From: Candidatus Thorarchaeota archaeon
GTDB taxonomy: Archaea > Asgardarchaeota > Thorarchaeia > Thorarchaeales > Thorarchaeaceae
Length of the DNA stretch: 55,820 nt
NCBI GenBank assembly: GCA_038893995.1
Contig: JAWAQK010000010.1
Location: forward strand, 1 to 55,820
Direction: 5' to 3'
Of the stretch, positions 20,557-29,885 are shown in pieces; the stretch's first letter is position 1, and every line of letters starts with the position of its first letter. The position numbers and the translations under genes were made by a program. Under the pieces are notes generated by a model, which ran no database searches, had not been told where the DNA came from, and was given only the letters and a program-made list of their open reading frames with translations.

Positions 20557-20586
20557 CTGGGCCCAGAGAAGTGGTCCCGTGCAAGC

Positions 20587-22149
20587 ATGACTCCCATGGA
20601 AAAGACATTCGTCATCGACTACGGGGGACAGTACACTCATCTGATTGCCAGACGCTGCCGAGAGGTCGGAGTCTATGCAGAGATAGTTCCTCAGGACACT
20701 GTGTTCTCAGAGGAGATGCTCACTGGCGTCAGAGGACTGATACTATCTGGTGGACCAAGGACCGTGTCAGCCGCGGACATGGGAGAGGTCTTTCGTGGCA
20801 ACATGGCCAGATTCGAGAAACTCGGAATCTGCCTGCTCGGCATATGCTTCGGTCATCAGCTGCTGGCAGTACACCTGGGAGCCACTCTGGAGTCAGGCCA
20901 GAAGCGAGAGTATGGTCGGACCACGATCAATGTTATTGACAGGTCATCAATCCTGAGCGACTTCAACGAACGTCAGAACGTGTGGATGAGCCATGGTGAC
21001 GACGTCAGACATCTGCCCGACTCCGTGACAGTGATGGCCACCAGTGATGCCGGTACGGTGTCGGCCTTCCGCGACAGTAGTGGCAGGATCTTTGGAGTCC
21101 AGTTTCATCCCGAGGTCACCCACACGGAGAACGGTATCAGTGTCATCCGTAGTTTTCTCCGCAGTGTCTGTGGATACCGCGACATGTGGCAACCAGAGGA
21201 CGAGGTCGACCGCATTGTTGAGCGTGTGAGGACTCAGGTCGGTGACGGAAGGGTGCTCATGGCCACCAGCGGGGGCGTAGACTCCACAGTCGCGGCTGTA
21301 CTCATCCAGAGGGCAATTGGCGACCGTCTGTTCTGCGTCTTTGTCGACAACGGTCTGCTCAGAGAGGGGGAGAGAGAGCAGGTCCAGAGGGCCTATGCAC
21401 AGATGGGCTTTCGGAACTTCTTCACCGTCGATGCGTCGGAGGAGTTCCTGGAGGGTCTCAGAGGCGTCGAGGACCCTGAACAGAAGCGCAAGATAATCGC
21501 GGACACCTACATAAGAGTCTTCGAGAGGAAGACCAGAGAACTGGAGGAGGAACACGGACCCTTCGATTTCCTCGGACAGGGCACGATATACCCGGATCGG
21601 GTAGAGAGCGCGGCGACTGGAAAGTCAACCTCTGTGATAAAGAGCCACCACAACGTCAGGCTTCCCGACTGGATGCGACTCAAGCTGGTCGAACCTCTCA
21701 GGGACCTCTACAAGGACGAGGTCCGACGTGTCGGGATGAAGATCGGCATCCCAGAGGGTATCATCAGGAGACAGCCATTCCCTGGTCCCTCGCTCGCAAT
21801 TCGGATCGGTGGACCTGTCGACAGTGAACAACTCGCCATAGTCAGAAAGGCGGACCGTATCCTGCAGGAGGAACTTGCACGGGACCCTGTCTATCCCAGA
21901 GTCTGGCAGTCCTTCTGTGTCCTCCTCCCCGTCCGGTCTGTGGGCGTCATGGGAGACGAGAGGACGTACGATCAGGTCGTCGTCGTTCGCATCGTGGAGA
22001 GTATCGACGCAATGACAGCCTCAGTCAGTAGACCACAGTGGGAGACCCTCGAGAGGGTGTCGTCGCGGATCGTAAACGAGGTCAAGGGAGTCAACAGGGT
22101 CGTCTACGACCTCACTACAAAACCACCGGGCACGATAGAGTGGTACTAG
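20587..22149 (+). CDS. guaA: GMP synthase (fused glutaminase and ATP-pyrophosphatase)
   Basis: IDYGGQY, ILSGGP, GICFGHQ, WMSHGD, QFHPEV, SGGVDS, IKSHHNV, FPGP, KPPGTIEW. Start moved from 20422 to ATG 20587 (or 20596). Confidence 0.95.
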   Translation: MTPMEKTFVIDYGGQYTHLIARRCREVGVYAEIVPQDTVFSEEMLTGVRGLILSGGPRTVSAADMGEVFRGNMARFEKLGICLLGICFGHQLLAVHLGATLESGQKREYGRTTINVIDRSSILSDFNERQNVWMSHGDDVRHLPDSVTVMATSDAGTVSAFRDSSGRIFGVQFHPEVTHTENGISVIRSFLRSVCGYRDMWQPEDEVDRIVERVRTQVGDGRVLMATSGGVDSTVAAVLIQRAIGDRLFCVFVDNGLLREGEREQVQRAYAQMGFRNFFTVDASEEFLEGLRGVEDPEQKRKIIADTYIRVFERKTRELEEEHGPFDFLGQGTIYPDRVESAATGKSTSVIKSHHNVRLPDWMRLKLVEPLRDLYKDEVRRVGMKIGIPEGIIRRQPFPGPSLAIRIGGPVDSEQLAIVRKADRILQEELARDPVYPRVWQSFCVLLPVRSVGVMGDERTYDQVVVVRIVESIDAMTASVSRPQWETLERVSSRIVNEVKGVNRVVYDLTTKPPGTIEWY

Positions 22150-22478
22150 CGGAGATTGCAGCCCTGCTGATGAGAGTCTTACGACTCACGCCCGTCGGCA
22201 TCAATCTGACCTAGATGACACTGCTCAGGCAACATACGAGACCGTCGGCGACTCAGCGGGGTTCATAGACCTGTGCCTATCGATGGGTATCGTCATGGTT
22301 ACAAAGGTTAATATCCCGGTGTCCCAACATCGACCTGCACAGCTATTCATATCAGCGGACGACGCGGACATCTACTGAGAGCGGATGCGATGACGAGTCC
22401 GTGAGGATCGGGCAGAGATCCGACGTATCAACAACGTCAGTCGGTTCCTGCATGGCTCCCAAGGGGTGAGAGTCAACA

Positions 22479-23555
22479 TTGCCGACGGAGAATCAGAGCT
22501 CACATAGGATGACCACGAGGGAACTTGTCACAATCGCAGTCCTCTCCTCGCTCGGCGGTGTACTAAGCACATTCATCGGATACTTGGGCAATCTTGTCAA
22601 CGTAGCCCTTGGGGTCCCATTTGGAGCGGGACAGTTCATGGCGGGCCTGCACGTGTTCTGGATCGTGATCATCCGGGCCCTGGTCCATCGGCACGGCGCT
22701 GGCACCGCAGGAGGCCTCCTGAAGGGGACCGTGGAGATGCTGACGGGCAGTACCCATGGGGTGGTCGTCGTCGTGGCGTCTGTGGTCCAGGGACTCGTCA
22801 TTGACGCTGTGGCGTCCGTGGCAGAGCGACCAGGTGTCGACGGGATCAGTTCGCGTATCACCTGGTGGCTTGGCGCAGGGGTGGCGACAGCATCAAATGT
22901 CGGAGTCTTCCAGGTCTTCTACTACTCCGGTGCGCCTGTCATCTACCTGTCAATCATCTCAGGACTGGCCTTCTGTTCTGGCGTGATCTTCGCAGGGTAT
23001 TTTGCATGGGAAACCATCGAGTTCCTGCGTGACCTTGGCTATCTGGGTCCAGGAGTGCAATCAATCCGCCGGCCCATCTCCGTCACTGGGAAGGCCACGA
23101 TAGCAAGGAGAAATCTGCCCGCTGTAGTCCTCATCTCATTCCTGCTATTCGGGTCTGTCTACTATGTGGCTGGTGTAGCACGACTATTCAACGACCCACT
23201 CTCATGCGAGGTCGTGGGCCTGGTAGAACACCCCTACGTGTTCAGACTCTCGGATTTTGGTTCTCAGATGGTGACGATCGAGGCTCAGCTTGTGGGACAG
23301 TACGTCACCCTACCACCAGCAAATTACACAGGCGTGCTGCTCAGTGTCGTATTAGGTGCCGCATCGCCCACTCCTGACGCAAAGCACCTCAGAGTCATAG
23401 CAAGGGATGGCTACGTAGTGTCGTTTGTGCTGGGGACTGTCCTCACTGACGACAGGATGCTGCTGACTGAGGCCCCCGAGGGACTATGGCTTATCGCAGC
23501 CCGTTATGATGGTTCAATGTGGGTCAGGATGGTGACCCAACTCGAGGTCTACTAG
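22479..23555 (+). CDS. ECF transporter S component fused to C-terminal molybdopterin-oxidoreductase-like domain
   Basis: N-terminal multi-TM S-component pattern (TTRELVTIAVLSSLGG, HGAGTAGGLLKGTVEML). C-terminal VVGLVEHP...YTGVLL...ARDGY...WVRMV pattern. Adjacent to ECF A and T genes. Confidence 0.75.
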   Translation: MPTENQSSHRMTTRELVTIAVLSSLGGVLSTFIGYLGNLVNVALGVPFGAGQFMAGLHVFWIVIIRALVHRHGAGTAGGLLKGTVEMLTGSTHGVVVVVASVVQGLVIDAVASVAERPGVDGISSRITWWLGAGVATASNVGVFQVFYYSGAPVIYLSIISGLAFCSGVIFAGYFAWETIEFLRDLGYLGPGVQSIRRPISVTGKATIARRNLPAVVLISFLLFGSVYYVAGVARLFNDPLSCEVVGLVEHPYVFRLSDFGSQMVTIEAQLVGQYVTLPPANYTGVLLSVVLGAASPTPDAKHLRVIARDGYVVSFVLGTVLTDDRMLLTEAPEGLWLIAARYDGSMWVRMVTQLEVY

Positions 23556-23564
23556 GCGAGTGAG

Positions 23565-25013
23565 ATGCTATCGGCGTGTGATCTGAGTTTCTCATATGAC
23601 GGTGTGACACCTGTGCTCAGTTCAGCGAGCATCACTCTGTCCCCCGGGGAGGTAGTCCTCCTGACAGGTGACACGGGCAGTGGCAAGTCCACGCTCGCCA
23701 GGGTCCTCGCGGGAGCCATCCCGGAACATCTGCGCGGGAACCTCCGCGGAACTGTCTCGGTCGACGGAAATGACCTGCTGGGGTTGAGTCACAGCGATGT
23801 ATCACGTGTAGTGGGCATGGTCCAGCAGGACGTAGAGAGTCAGATATGTACGCTCAGAGTCGAAGACGAGGTCGCATTTGGTCCCGAGAATCTGGGCATG
23901 TCGCGCGACGAGATTGAGGCCATTGTCAGGTCGTCTCTCTCAGCGGTCGGGGCCATCGGTCTGATTCAGAGACCTACTCATAGCCTCTCAGCGGGAGAGA
24001 GGCAGAGAGTCGTGTTGGCATCTGCACTCGCATGCAGGCCCAAGTACCTCATCCTAGACGAACCGACATCCTGCCTCGACCCTGACGGGATAGTGCAGCT
24101 GCGACGTCTCCTACTTGATCTCAAGATGTCCGGGATAGGAGTGCTATGTATCGAGCACAACACCAGAGGGCTACTGCCCGCCTCCGACAGGACATTGAGG
24201 TTGGAGGGGGGTAGAGTCACGCAGATGGGCGAGGCTGCCCGACAGGACGATAGACATCCCACTCCACCCCGCCCCCAGGACGGACCACCAGTACTGACGT
24301 GCCGTGGCGTTTCCTATTCGTACGACGGAGAGCTGGCGGTAGACAACGTCTCATTGAGCCTCCACAGGGGAGAAAATGTGGCCCTCATGGGTCCAAACGG
24401 ATCTGGCAAGACCACGCTGCTGCTACTGTTGGCTGGTCTGATATCGCCTCAGACAGGAGAGGTGATTCTAGATGGCAAGAGGGTCAGCAATACAGACGCC
24501 AGGACGGTCGCGCGGCGCGTTGCGGTCGTGTTCCAGAATCCAAACCATCAGCTCTTTGAGCGTACTGTGTGGAGAGACCAGAACCTCGCCACTGAGACAC
24601 TGGGTCTTGATGGCCGAGTCCTGGCCGAAGAGAGCGAGCGACTTCTGGGACGCTCGGGACTGCTGCCACTCAGAGACAGGAGCCCCTTCTCACTGAGTCA
24701 TGGCCAGAAGAGGCGACTCAACCTAACATCGACCATATACTACGGACCATCGGTATACCTCTTGGACGAGCCCACAGTGGGACAGGATCGGACGGGACGA
24801 GAGTTTCTTGACGAACTGCTGACCGCACACACCCTGAGGGGCGGTGTCAGCATCGTTGTGACGCATGACCCGCTGTTTGTGCGACGGACATGCAGCAGGC
24901 TCGTGTTCATGGACAGGGGGAGGATTCTGATGGATGGTCCCACTGGACTGGTGATGGAGCGCCTCAGGATGACTGGCAGGACGGAGTACACGGATGCAGG
25001 GGTGACAACATAG
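23565..25013 (+). CDS. ECF transporter ATPase with duplicated ABC domains
   Basis: Two Walker A motifs (GDTGSGKST, GPNGSGKTT), two signatures (LSAGERQR, LSHGQKRR), two LDEPT; VEDEVAFGPENLG and VFQNP. Confidence 0.92.
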   Translation: MLSACDLSFSYDGVTPVLSSASITLSPGEVVLLTGDTGSGKSTLARVLAGAIPEHLRGNLRGTVSVDGNDLLGLSHSDVSRVVGMVQQDVESQICTLRVEDEVAFGPENLGMSRDEIEAIVRSSLSAVGAIGLIQRPTHSLSAGERQRVVLASALACRPKYLILDEPTSCLDPDGIVQLRRLLLDLKMSGIGVLCIEHNTRGLLPASDRTLRLEGGRVTQMGEAARQDDRHPTPPRPQDGPPVLTCRGVSYSYDGELAVDNVSLSLHRGENVALMGPNGSGKTTLLLLLAGLISPQTGEVILDGKRVSNTDARTVARRVAVVFQNPNHQLFERTVWRDQNLATETLGLDGRVLAEESERLLGRSGLLPLRDRSPFSLSHGQKRRLNLTSTIYYGPSVYLLDEPTVGQDRTGREFLDELLTAHTLRGGVSIVVTHDPLFVRRTCSRLVFMDRGRILMDGPTGLVMERLRMTGRTEYTDAGVTT

Positions 25014-25826
25014 GTGCGAACGTCGATGGGATATGTCGAGGGGAAGTCGCTCCTTCACACACTGAACCCGCTACTGAAGCTATGGGGGCTAGTCGTCGTG
25101 ACCGTTTCGGTACTCATCTCTCCGGACTGGGCACTCAATCTGCTGGTCCTCGTATGTGTGGTGGCAGGATTCCTGTTGTCAGGAACTCGACCATTGCTCT
25201 CCCGTCGAAGGGTCCTATCGGTCCTCACGTTCTCACTATTCCTGATCCTGCTTCAGGTCGTGATCACCCCGAACGGGCCAGTGCTGTTTTACGTCCTGCC
25301 CGGACCAAGTCTGCCCGTCACAGTACCGGGGATCGAGAGGGGTGTCATCGTGACGACCAGATTCCTCGTGGTCATCCTCTCGAGCATGCTGTTCACGGCC
25401 GTGACCGACCCGTCGTTGCTGGCACACTCACTCACGCGGGTCGGAGTCAGCTACAGGCACGCCTTCATGCTCGTCATCGCACTCAGGTTCCTGCCCCTAT
25501 TCGGCTCAGAGAACGAGATCGTCCGACTGGCACAGAGATCGCGTGGAATCACCATCCAGGTCGGAAGCGTGTCCAAGATACTGAGGACCGTGCGGTACAC
25601 TTTCTTTCCGCTGCTGGTCTCTGCCCTCAACCGGGTCGAGGCCCTCTCAATATCGATGGACGGACGAGGTTTCGGTCGTGCTCCCACAAGGACTTACCTT
25701 CGTCAGGCCCAATGGCGACTGAGGGACACTCTCACGGGAGTCGTCATGACGGCGCACCTTCTGATCGTGACATTGGTTGCATTGGGTGCAGTACCGCCGT
25801 TGTCGCATGTGATATGGGGGGACTGA
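25014..25826 (+). CDS. ecfT: ECF transporter transmembrane T component
   Basis: SLLHTLNPLLK, ALRFLP, and the two conserved xRG motifs AQRSRG and MDGRGF. Confidence 0.9.
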   Translation: MRTSMGYVEGKSLLHTLNPLLKLWGLVVVTVSVLISPDWALNLLVLVCVVAGFLLSGTRPLLSRRRVLSVLTFSLFLILLQVVITPNGPVLFYVLPGPSLPVTVPGIERGVIVTTRFLVVILSSMLFTAVTDPSLLAHSLTRVGVSYRHAFMLVIALRFLPLFGSENEIVRLAQRSRGITIQVGSVSKILRTVRYTFFPLLVSALNRVEALSISMDGRGFGRAPTRTYLRQAQWRLRDTLTGVVMTAHLLIVTLVALGAVPPLSHVIWGD

Positions 25827-25895
25827 CCACTAATCTTTTATCGAGGGTCTTTACCGAGATGTTTGGCTGAGCATATCGTCTTTCTCAATGGAGGA

Positions 25896-27089
25896 ATGAA
25901 ACGACTCATGTCAGTGTCTACCAGCGGCGGTTCAAGACTCTATGCGCTCCTACTCGCGGTAGTGGTTGTTGCGGGGGCCCTTATGGCCAGCACGATTCTA
26001 CTATTGCCACCGCATCCTGAGCCAACGATCAGACTGATCCCTCTTCAGGGAGAAGAGAGGGTAGTTACTCTCACTGAGATGCGTAACATGGAGTACGTGG
26101 AGAGAAACGGTTCGTACCAGAACTCATACGGTAACATCCGCGGGCAAGGTCTGTACAGGGGAGTGAGACTTGCAGACCTGATCCTACTGATAGGCGGAAT
26201 GAACGAACAGCAGATCCTCGTCGTGAACGCCTCTGACGGCTATTCACAGGTATTCACGTACAGAAACGTATACCCTAACGCGACCCAGTATGCAATTCAG
26301 GGAGACATGGTCCTGGCGTACCAGCTCAACGGTACTATGATACCAGAATACGAGGAGGGGCCGAAGATAATGTTCCTGCCCGAGGATGGTTGCTACTCCA
26401 ATGCCGACGCCGCGGCGACCATAGACCCACAGTTCTTCACAGGAGCCGCTGGGCCAAAGCTAGTCTCACGCGTCGCAAGCATCTCAATAAGGACCGGACC
26501 TCCGGCTCCCGAACCCGTCGTCCTGCATGTCACTGTCGGGACCGTGACTAAGGGATATACCTATTCTCAGGTCACCTCGTTGGCGAGCGTTAGAGGAGAG
26601 GGCGGCACGAGAAACAAGTTCGGGACACTCAGGGGGCCGTACAATGTCACAGGAGTCCCGGTCCTCGACATCTTGAGAGATGTTGCAGACCTCCCAGACG
26701 ACTATAACCTGACTGTCGTATCAAGCGACTCCTACGTGGTCACGCACAACAGGAGCGTCTGTGAGGGAAATGTCAAGGGCTATGACCCTGTCACGGGTAC
26801 ATCGGTCGGGCCCATCCATGCCCTGATGGTATTGGCCTACCTTGTGGACGACCAGCCAGTTCAAGATGGACCATTCATGATCGCCATGCTCAACGACACA
26901 TACTTTACCGACTCATACATATGGTCGAGGTTTGTCGTGAATCTGACTGTCACCTCCATGTCAGCAGGTGCCATGTCAGCCCATGGTGCCGGCATGAACG
27001 AGGCAGCAGTGCCAGCGAAGCCGCAGGTAGCGACCACCATCATGACCGACTACATGGTCGAGACGAATAGTCCGACTCGAAGAGACTGA
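25896..27089 (+). CDS. membrane-anchored surface glycoprotein with two molybdopterin-oxidoreductase-like domains
   Basis: N-terminal TM anchor, then two repeats (YRGVRLADL...ASDGY...MVLAYQLNG and VTGVPVLDIL...SSDSY...MVLAYLVDD). Nine N-x-S/T sequons. Start could be 25863, 25896 or 25908. Confidence 0.72.
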   Translation: MKRLMSVSTSGGSRLYALLLAVVVVAGALMASTILLLPPHPEPTIRLIPLQGEERVVTLTEMRNMEYVERNGSYQNSYGNIRGQGLYRGVRLADLILLIGGMNEQQILVVNASDGYSQVFTYRNVYPNATQYAIQGDMVLAYQLNGTMIPEYEEGPKIMFLPEDGCYSNADAAATIDPQFFTGAAGPKLVSRVASISIRTGPPAPEPVVLHVTVGTVTKGYTYSQVTSLASVRGEGGTRNKFGTLRGPYNVTGVPVLDILRDVADLPDDYNLTVVSSDSYVVTHNRSVCEGNVKGYDPVTGTSVGPIHALMVLAYLVDDQPVQDGPFMIAMLNDTYFTDSYIWSRFVVNLTVTSMSAGAMSAHGAGMNEAAVPAKPQVATTIMTDYMVETNSPTRRD

Positions 27090-27293
27090 TAGCGTGACTC
27101 CTCCTTGCACCAGCCCAAACAGGAGCGCCACCCGGGATATCGCTCACCAGCATCTCGGGTGGTGCCAAACGACAATGCGGGCAATACCGCTGGTCTGCCG
27201 CAAGATCGCAATCGAAGTGGCCACTCAATGTCCATTGAGCAAAGTATTTTCGGTCAGCAGATAGTCTTGCAACTCTCTGGGTCGTGAAGCGAA

Positions 27294-29069
27294 GTGTCAC
27301 CATCGGGAGCAGCATATCCTCTCGACCACATGATAGATGTGGCCTCAGGTAGGTCGAGAGCAGACATTGTACTGAGGAACGCAAGTGTCGTCAATCTCTT
27401 CACAGGTGAGATAGTACAGGGTGATGTCGCACTCTGTGGGAGTTTCATTGCAGGTGTTGGATCCTACTCTGGGAACACTGAGACTGAGCTCGATGGCGCA
27501 TATGTGGTACCGTCCTTCATAGACGGACATGTGCACGTAGAGTCCTCAATGGTCATGCCGATCCAGTACGCGAGGGCGGTCGTACCTCACGGTACAGGGG
27601 CTGTGATTGCAGACCCACACGAGATAGCCAATGTCCTGGGCATGGAGGGCATAGTGTACATGTCAAAGAGTATGAGGGGCGGCCCATTGGACTTCTACGT
27701 GATGATCCCGTCATGTGTGCCATCCACCGACCTCGAGACCAACGGGGTTGCACTAGACCATCTGGATGTGAGACCATTGATGACTGAGCACTATGTGCTA
27801 GGTCTCGCAGAAGCGATGAACTATCCTGGAGTCGTATACCGAGATCCGACCATACTGGAGAAGATCCGGGTCTCCCTCGATCTGGGAAAGAGAATAGATG
27901 GTCACGCACCCACCCTGAGGGGTCTTGACCTGAACGCCTATGCTGCTGCCAGGATCACGTCTGACCATGAGTGCACCACGTATGAGGAGGCCATGGACAG
28001 ACTCGCTGTGGGAATGCATGTGCACATCCGCGAGGGTTCGACTGCCCGGAATCTCAAGAGCCTGGCGAGGATAATCAGACCTGAGACCTCGATGTTCTGC
28101 AGCTTTGTCACTGATGACAGGAACACACTAGACCTGCTCAAGAAGGGGCATATCGACAGCATGATCAGAGAGGCTGTCGAGTTCGGAGTGGACCCTGTCC
28201 TTGCGATAAGGGTCGCGACTCTGTCGACGGCCGTTCATTATGGGCTGTCCCACAGGGGGGCTGTCGCGCCAGGTTATGTTGCAGACCTGTGTGTCATAGA
28301 CTCACTCGAGAGAGTCGGAGTCAAGATGGTCTTCAAGAGGGGACATCTCGTTGCCAGAGAGGGCAAGATGATCGCAGACGTCGTCGAACAGCAGCAACCT
28401 CGGCTCAGGAGGTCAGTGAACATTCACTGGCTTGAGCCAGAGGACTTTGAGGTCAGGGCAAATGGCAAGTTGATGAATGTCATCGGCGTGATTCCTCATC
28501 AGATTGTCACGAAGCACCTTGTGGAGGAACCAAGAGTCAAGGGAGAGATGGTCGTTCCAGATGTCGACCGCGACCTAGTGAAGGTGGCCGTCATAGAGCG
28601 CCACAATGCATCTCCCGTGAGAGCCGTCGGCTTCGTGAGAGGTCTGGGCATAAAGGAGGGAGCAATGGTGTCATCAGTGGCGCACGACAGCCACAACATC
28701 GTCACCGTCGCAACCAACGACAGGGACCTCGTGGAGGCGGCAGTTCAGGTGGCAAGGATGCAGGGAGGACTTGCCGTTGTCCGAGACGGCGAGGTGCTCG
28801 CCTCGCTGGCACTGCCTATCGCAGGACTGATGTCAGATAGGCCGATCGAGGAGGTCAGTGAACGACTTGAGAGGCTGAGGACCGCAGCCGAGCGGATAGG
28901 TTGTGACATCGATGAACCATTCATGGCCATGGCATTTCTCACGCTCCCTGTCATTCCGGAGCTGAAGATCACTGACATCGGACTCGTCGATGTCGTGCGA
29001 TTCAGGACAATTGGTCTGTTTGAGGTCCCACAGAACGACTCTGACTCAGCTGCCCATCGTGAGGCCTAG
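27294..29069 (+). CDS. ade: adenine deaminase (AdeC type)
   Basis: FIDGHVHVESS, DPHEIANV, DGHAP, DHEC, IREGS, SSVAHDSHN, LPIAGLMS, LPVIPELKITD. Confidence 0.95.
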   Translation: MSPSGAAYPLDHMIDVASGRSRADIVLRNASVVNLFTGEIVQGDVALCGSFIAGVGSYSGNTETELDGAYVVPSFIDGHVHVESSMVMPIQYARAVVPHGTGAVIADPHEIANVLGMEGIVYMSKSMRGGPLDFYVMIPSCVPSTDLETNGVALDHLDVRPLMTEHYVLGLAEAMNYPGVVYRDPTILEKIRVSLDLGKRIDGHAPTLRGLDLNAYAAARITSDHECTTYEEAMDRLAVGMHVHIREGSTARNLKSLARIIRPETSMFCSFVTDDRNTLDLLKKGHIDSMIREAVEFGVDPVLAIRVATLSTAVHYGLSHRGAVAPGYVADLCVIDSLERVGVKMVFKRGHLVAREGKMIADVVEQQQPRLRRSVNIHWLEPEDFEVRANGKLMNVIGVIPHQIVTKHLVEEPRVKGEMVVPDVDRDLVKVAVIERHNASPVRAVGFVRGLGIKEGAMVSSVAHDSHNIVTVATNDRDLVEAAVQVARMQGGLAVVRDGEVLASLALPIAGLMSDRPIEEVSERLERLRTAAERIGCDIDEPFMAMAFLTLPVIPELKITDIGLVDVVRFRTIGLFEVPQNDSDSAAHREA

Positions 29070-29879
29070 GGTCAACATTGCTCTCTTGATCTGTCTGCGC
29101 TTCTTGTACCCGACCACGATAGCTGCTACTGCGCTGAACAGCACTAGAAGCACAGCGACCCCGAAGGCAGCTATCAACGTCGGAAGCAGATAGACACTGG
29201 GGAAGTTCCTCAGGTTAAAGACCAATCCTCTCACCAGTAGATAGACGATCTCCATCATGATCAGGAACAGCAGCATGACACCAGACTTGAGCTGACGTTC
29301 GTGAATGTATGTCTGCAACGATGTCTGCATCACTATGGCTGACAACAGGTTTCCAAGGATGCCCATCACTATCATGATGTCGCCCCTGATGAAGTAGAAT
29401 GGTATGTTGGTGCCGGCCAGCCCCCACTGCGTGAAGTACTGTACGTAGACCATCAGCAGGATCAGTCCAAGCTCGAAGATCATCAGGAGAAGTCCGCCAA
29501 GTCCAGAGACCCTCAGTATCGCATTGTCTATCTTGTCTGCCCATTCCATGTTCGTGAGTTTCATGTACTCCACGTTGAGAGGCTTCGCCCAGCTACTGCT
29601 TGACACACAGGCAGGGTCATTGCAGTTGACAATTGTGAGCAGCTTGCCACCGTAATCCCCGACTCTCTTCTCCATGCATTCCTCGCAGACAAGGCTTCCA
29701 CACACATGACAGACTCCCTTCGCAAGGGTCTTGGGATGATTCTTGCAGTTTCTTCCCTGCTCGGACCCAAGGACAGGACTACCACAGTACTCGCATCTAT
29801 TGACCTTGTCCCGATGTGTGACCTGCACGCGCCCGCCGCACACAGGACACAGTATCACTTGACTCGTGACTCGTGACAC
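29046..29879 (-). CDS. membrane protein with N-terminal Zn ribbon and B-box-like Zn finger
   Basis: CPVC...CEYC, then CKNHP-x6-CHVC-x4-CEEC, followed by four TM segments. Confidence 0.78.
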   Translation of the reverse strand: MSRVTSQVILCPVCGGRVQVTHRDKVNRCEYCGSPVLGSEQGRNCKNHPKTLAKGVCHVCGSLVCEECMEKRVGDYGGKLLTIVNCNDPACVSSSSWAKPLNVEYMKLTNMEWADKIDNAILRVSGLGGLLLMIFELGLILLMVYVQYFTQWGLAGTNIPFYFIRGDIMIVMGILGNLLSAIVMQTSLQTYIHERQLKSGVMLLFLIMMEIVYLLVRGLVFNLRNFPSVYLLPTLIAAFGVAVLLVLFSAVAAIVVGYKKRRQIKRAMLTLGLTMGS

Positions 29880-29885
29880 GTCATC

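Noticed and set aside
22389-22412. Hammerhead-ribozyme-like string (ATGACGAGTCCGTGAGGATCG versus CUGANGA-GUCC-GUGA-GGAC-GAAA)
   Set aside because: It lacks the invariant C of CUGANGA and the GAAA after stem II, and no stems I or III are evident.
24890-25870. 326-aa alternative-frame ORF over ecfT, and the many other antisense or shadow ORFs
   Set aside because: They overlap well-supported genes, have low-complexity R/G/P-rich translations and are expected at this GC content.
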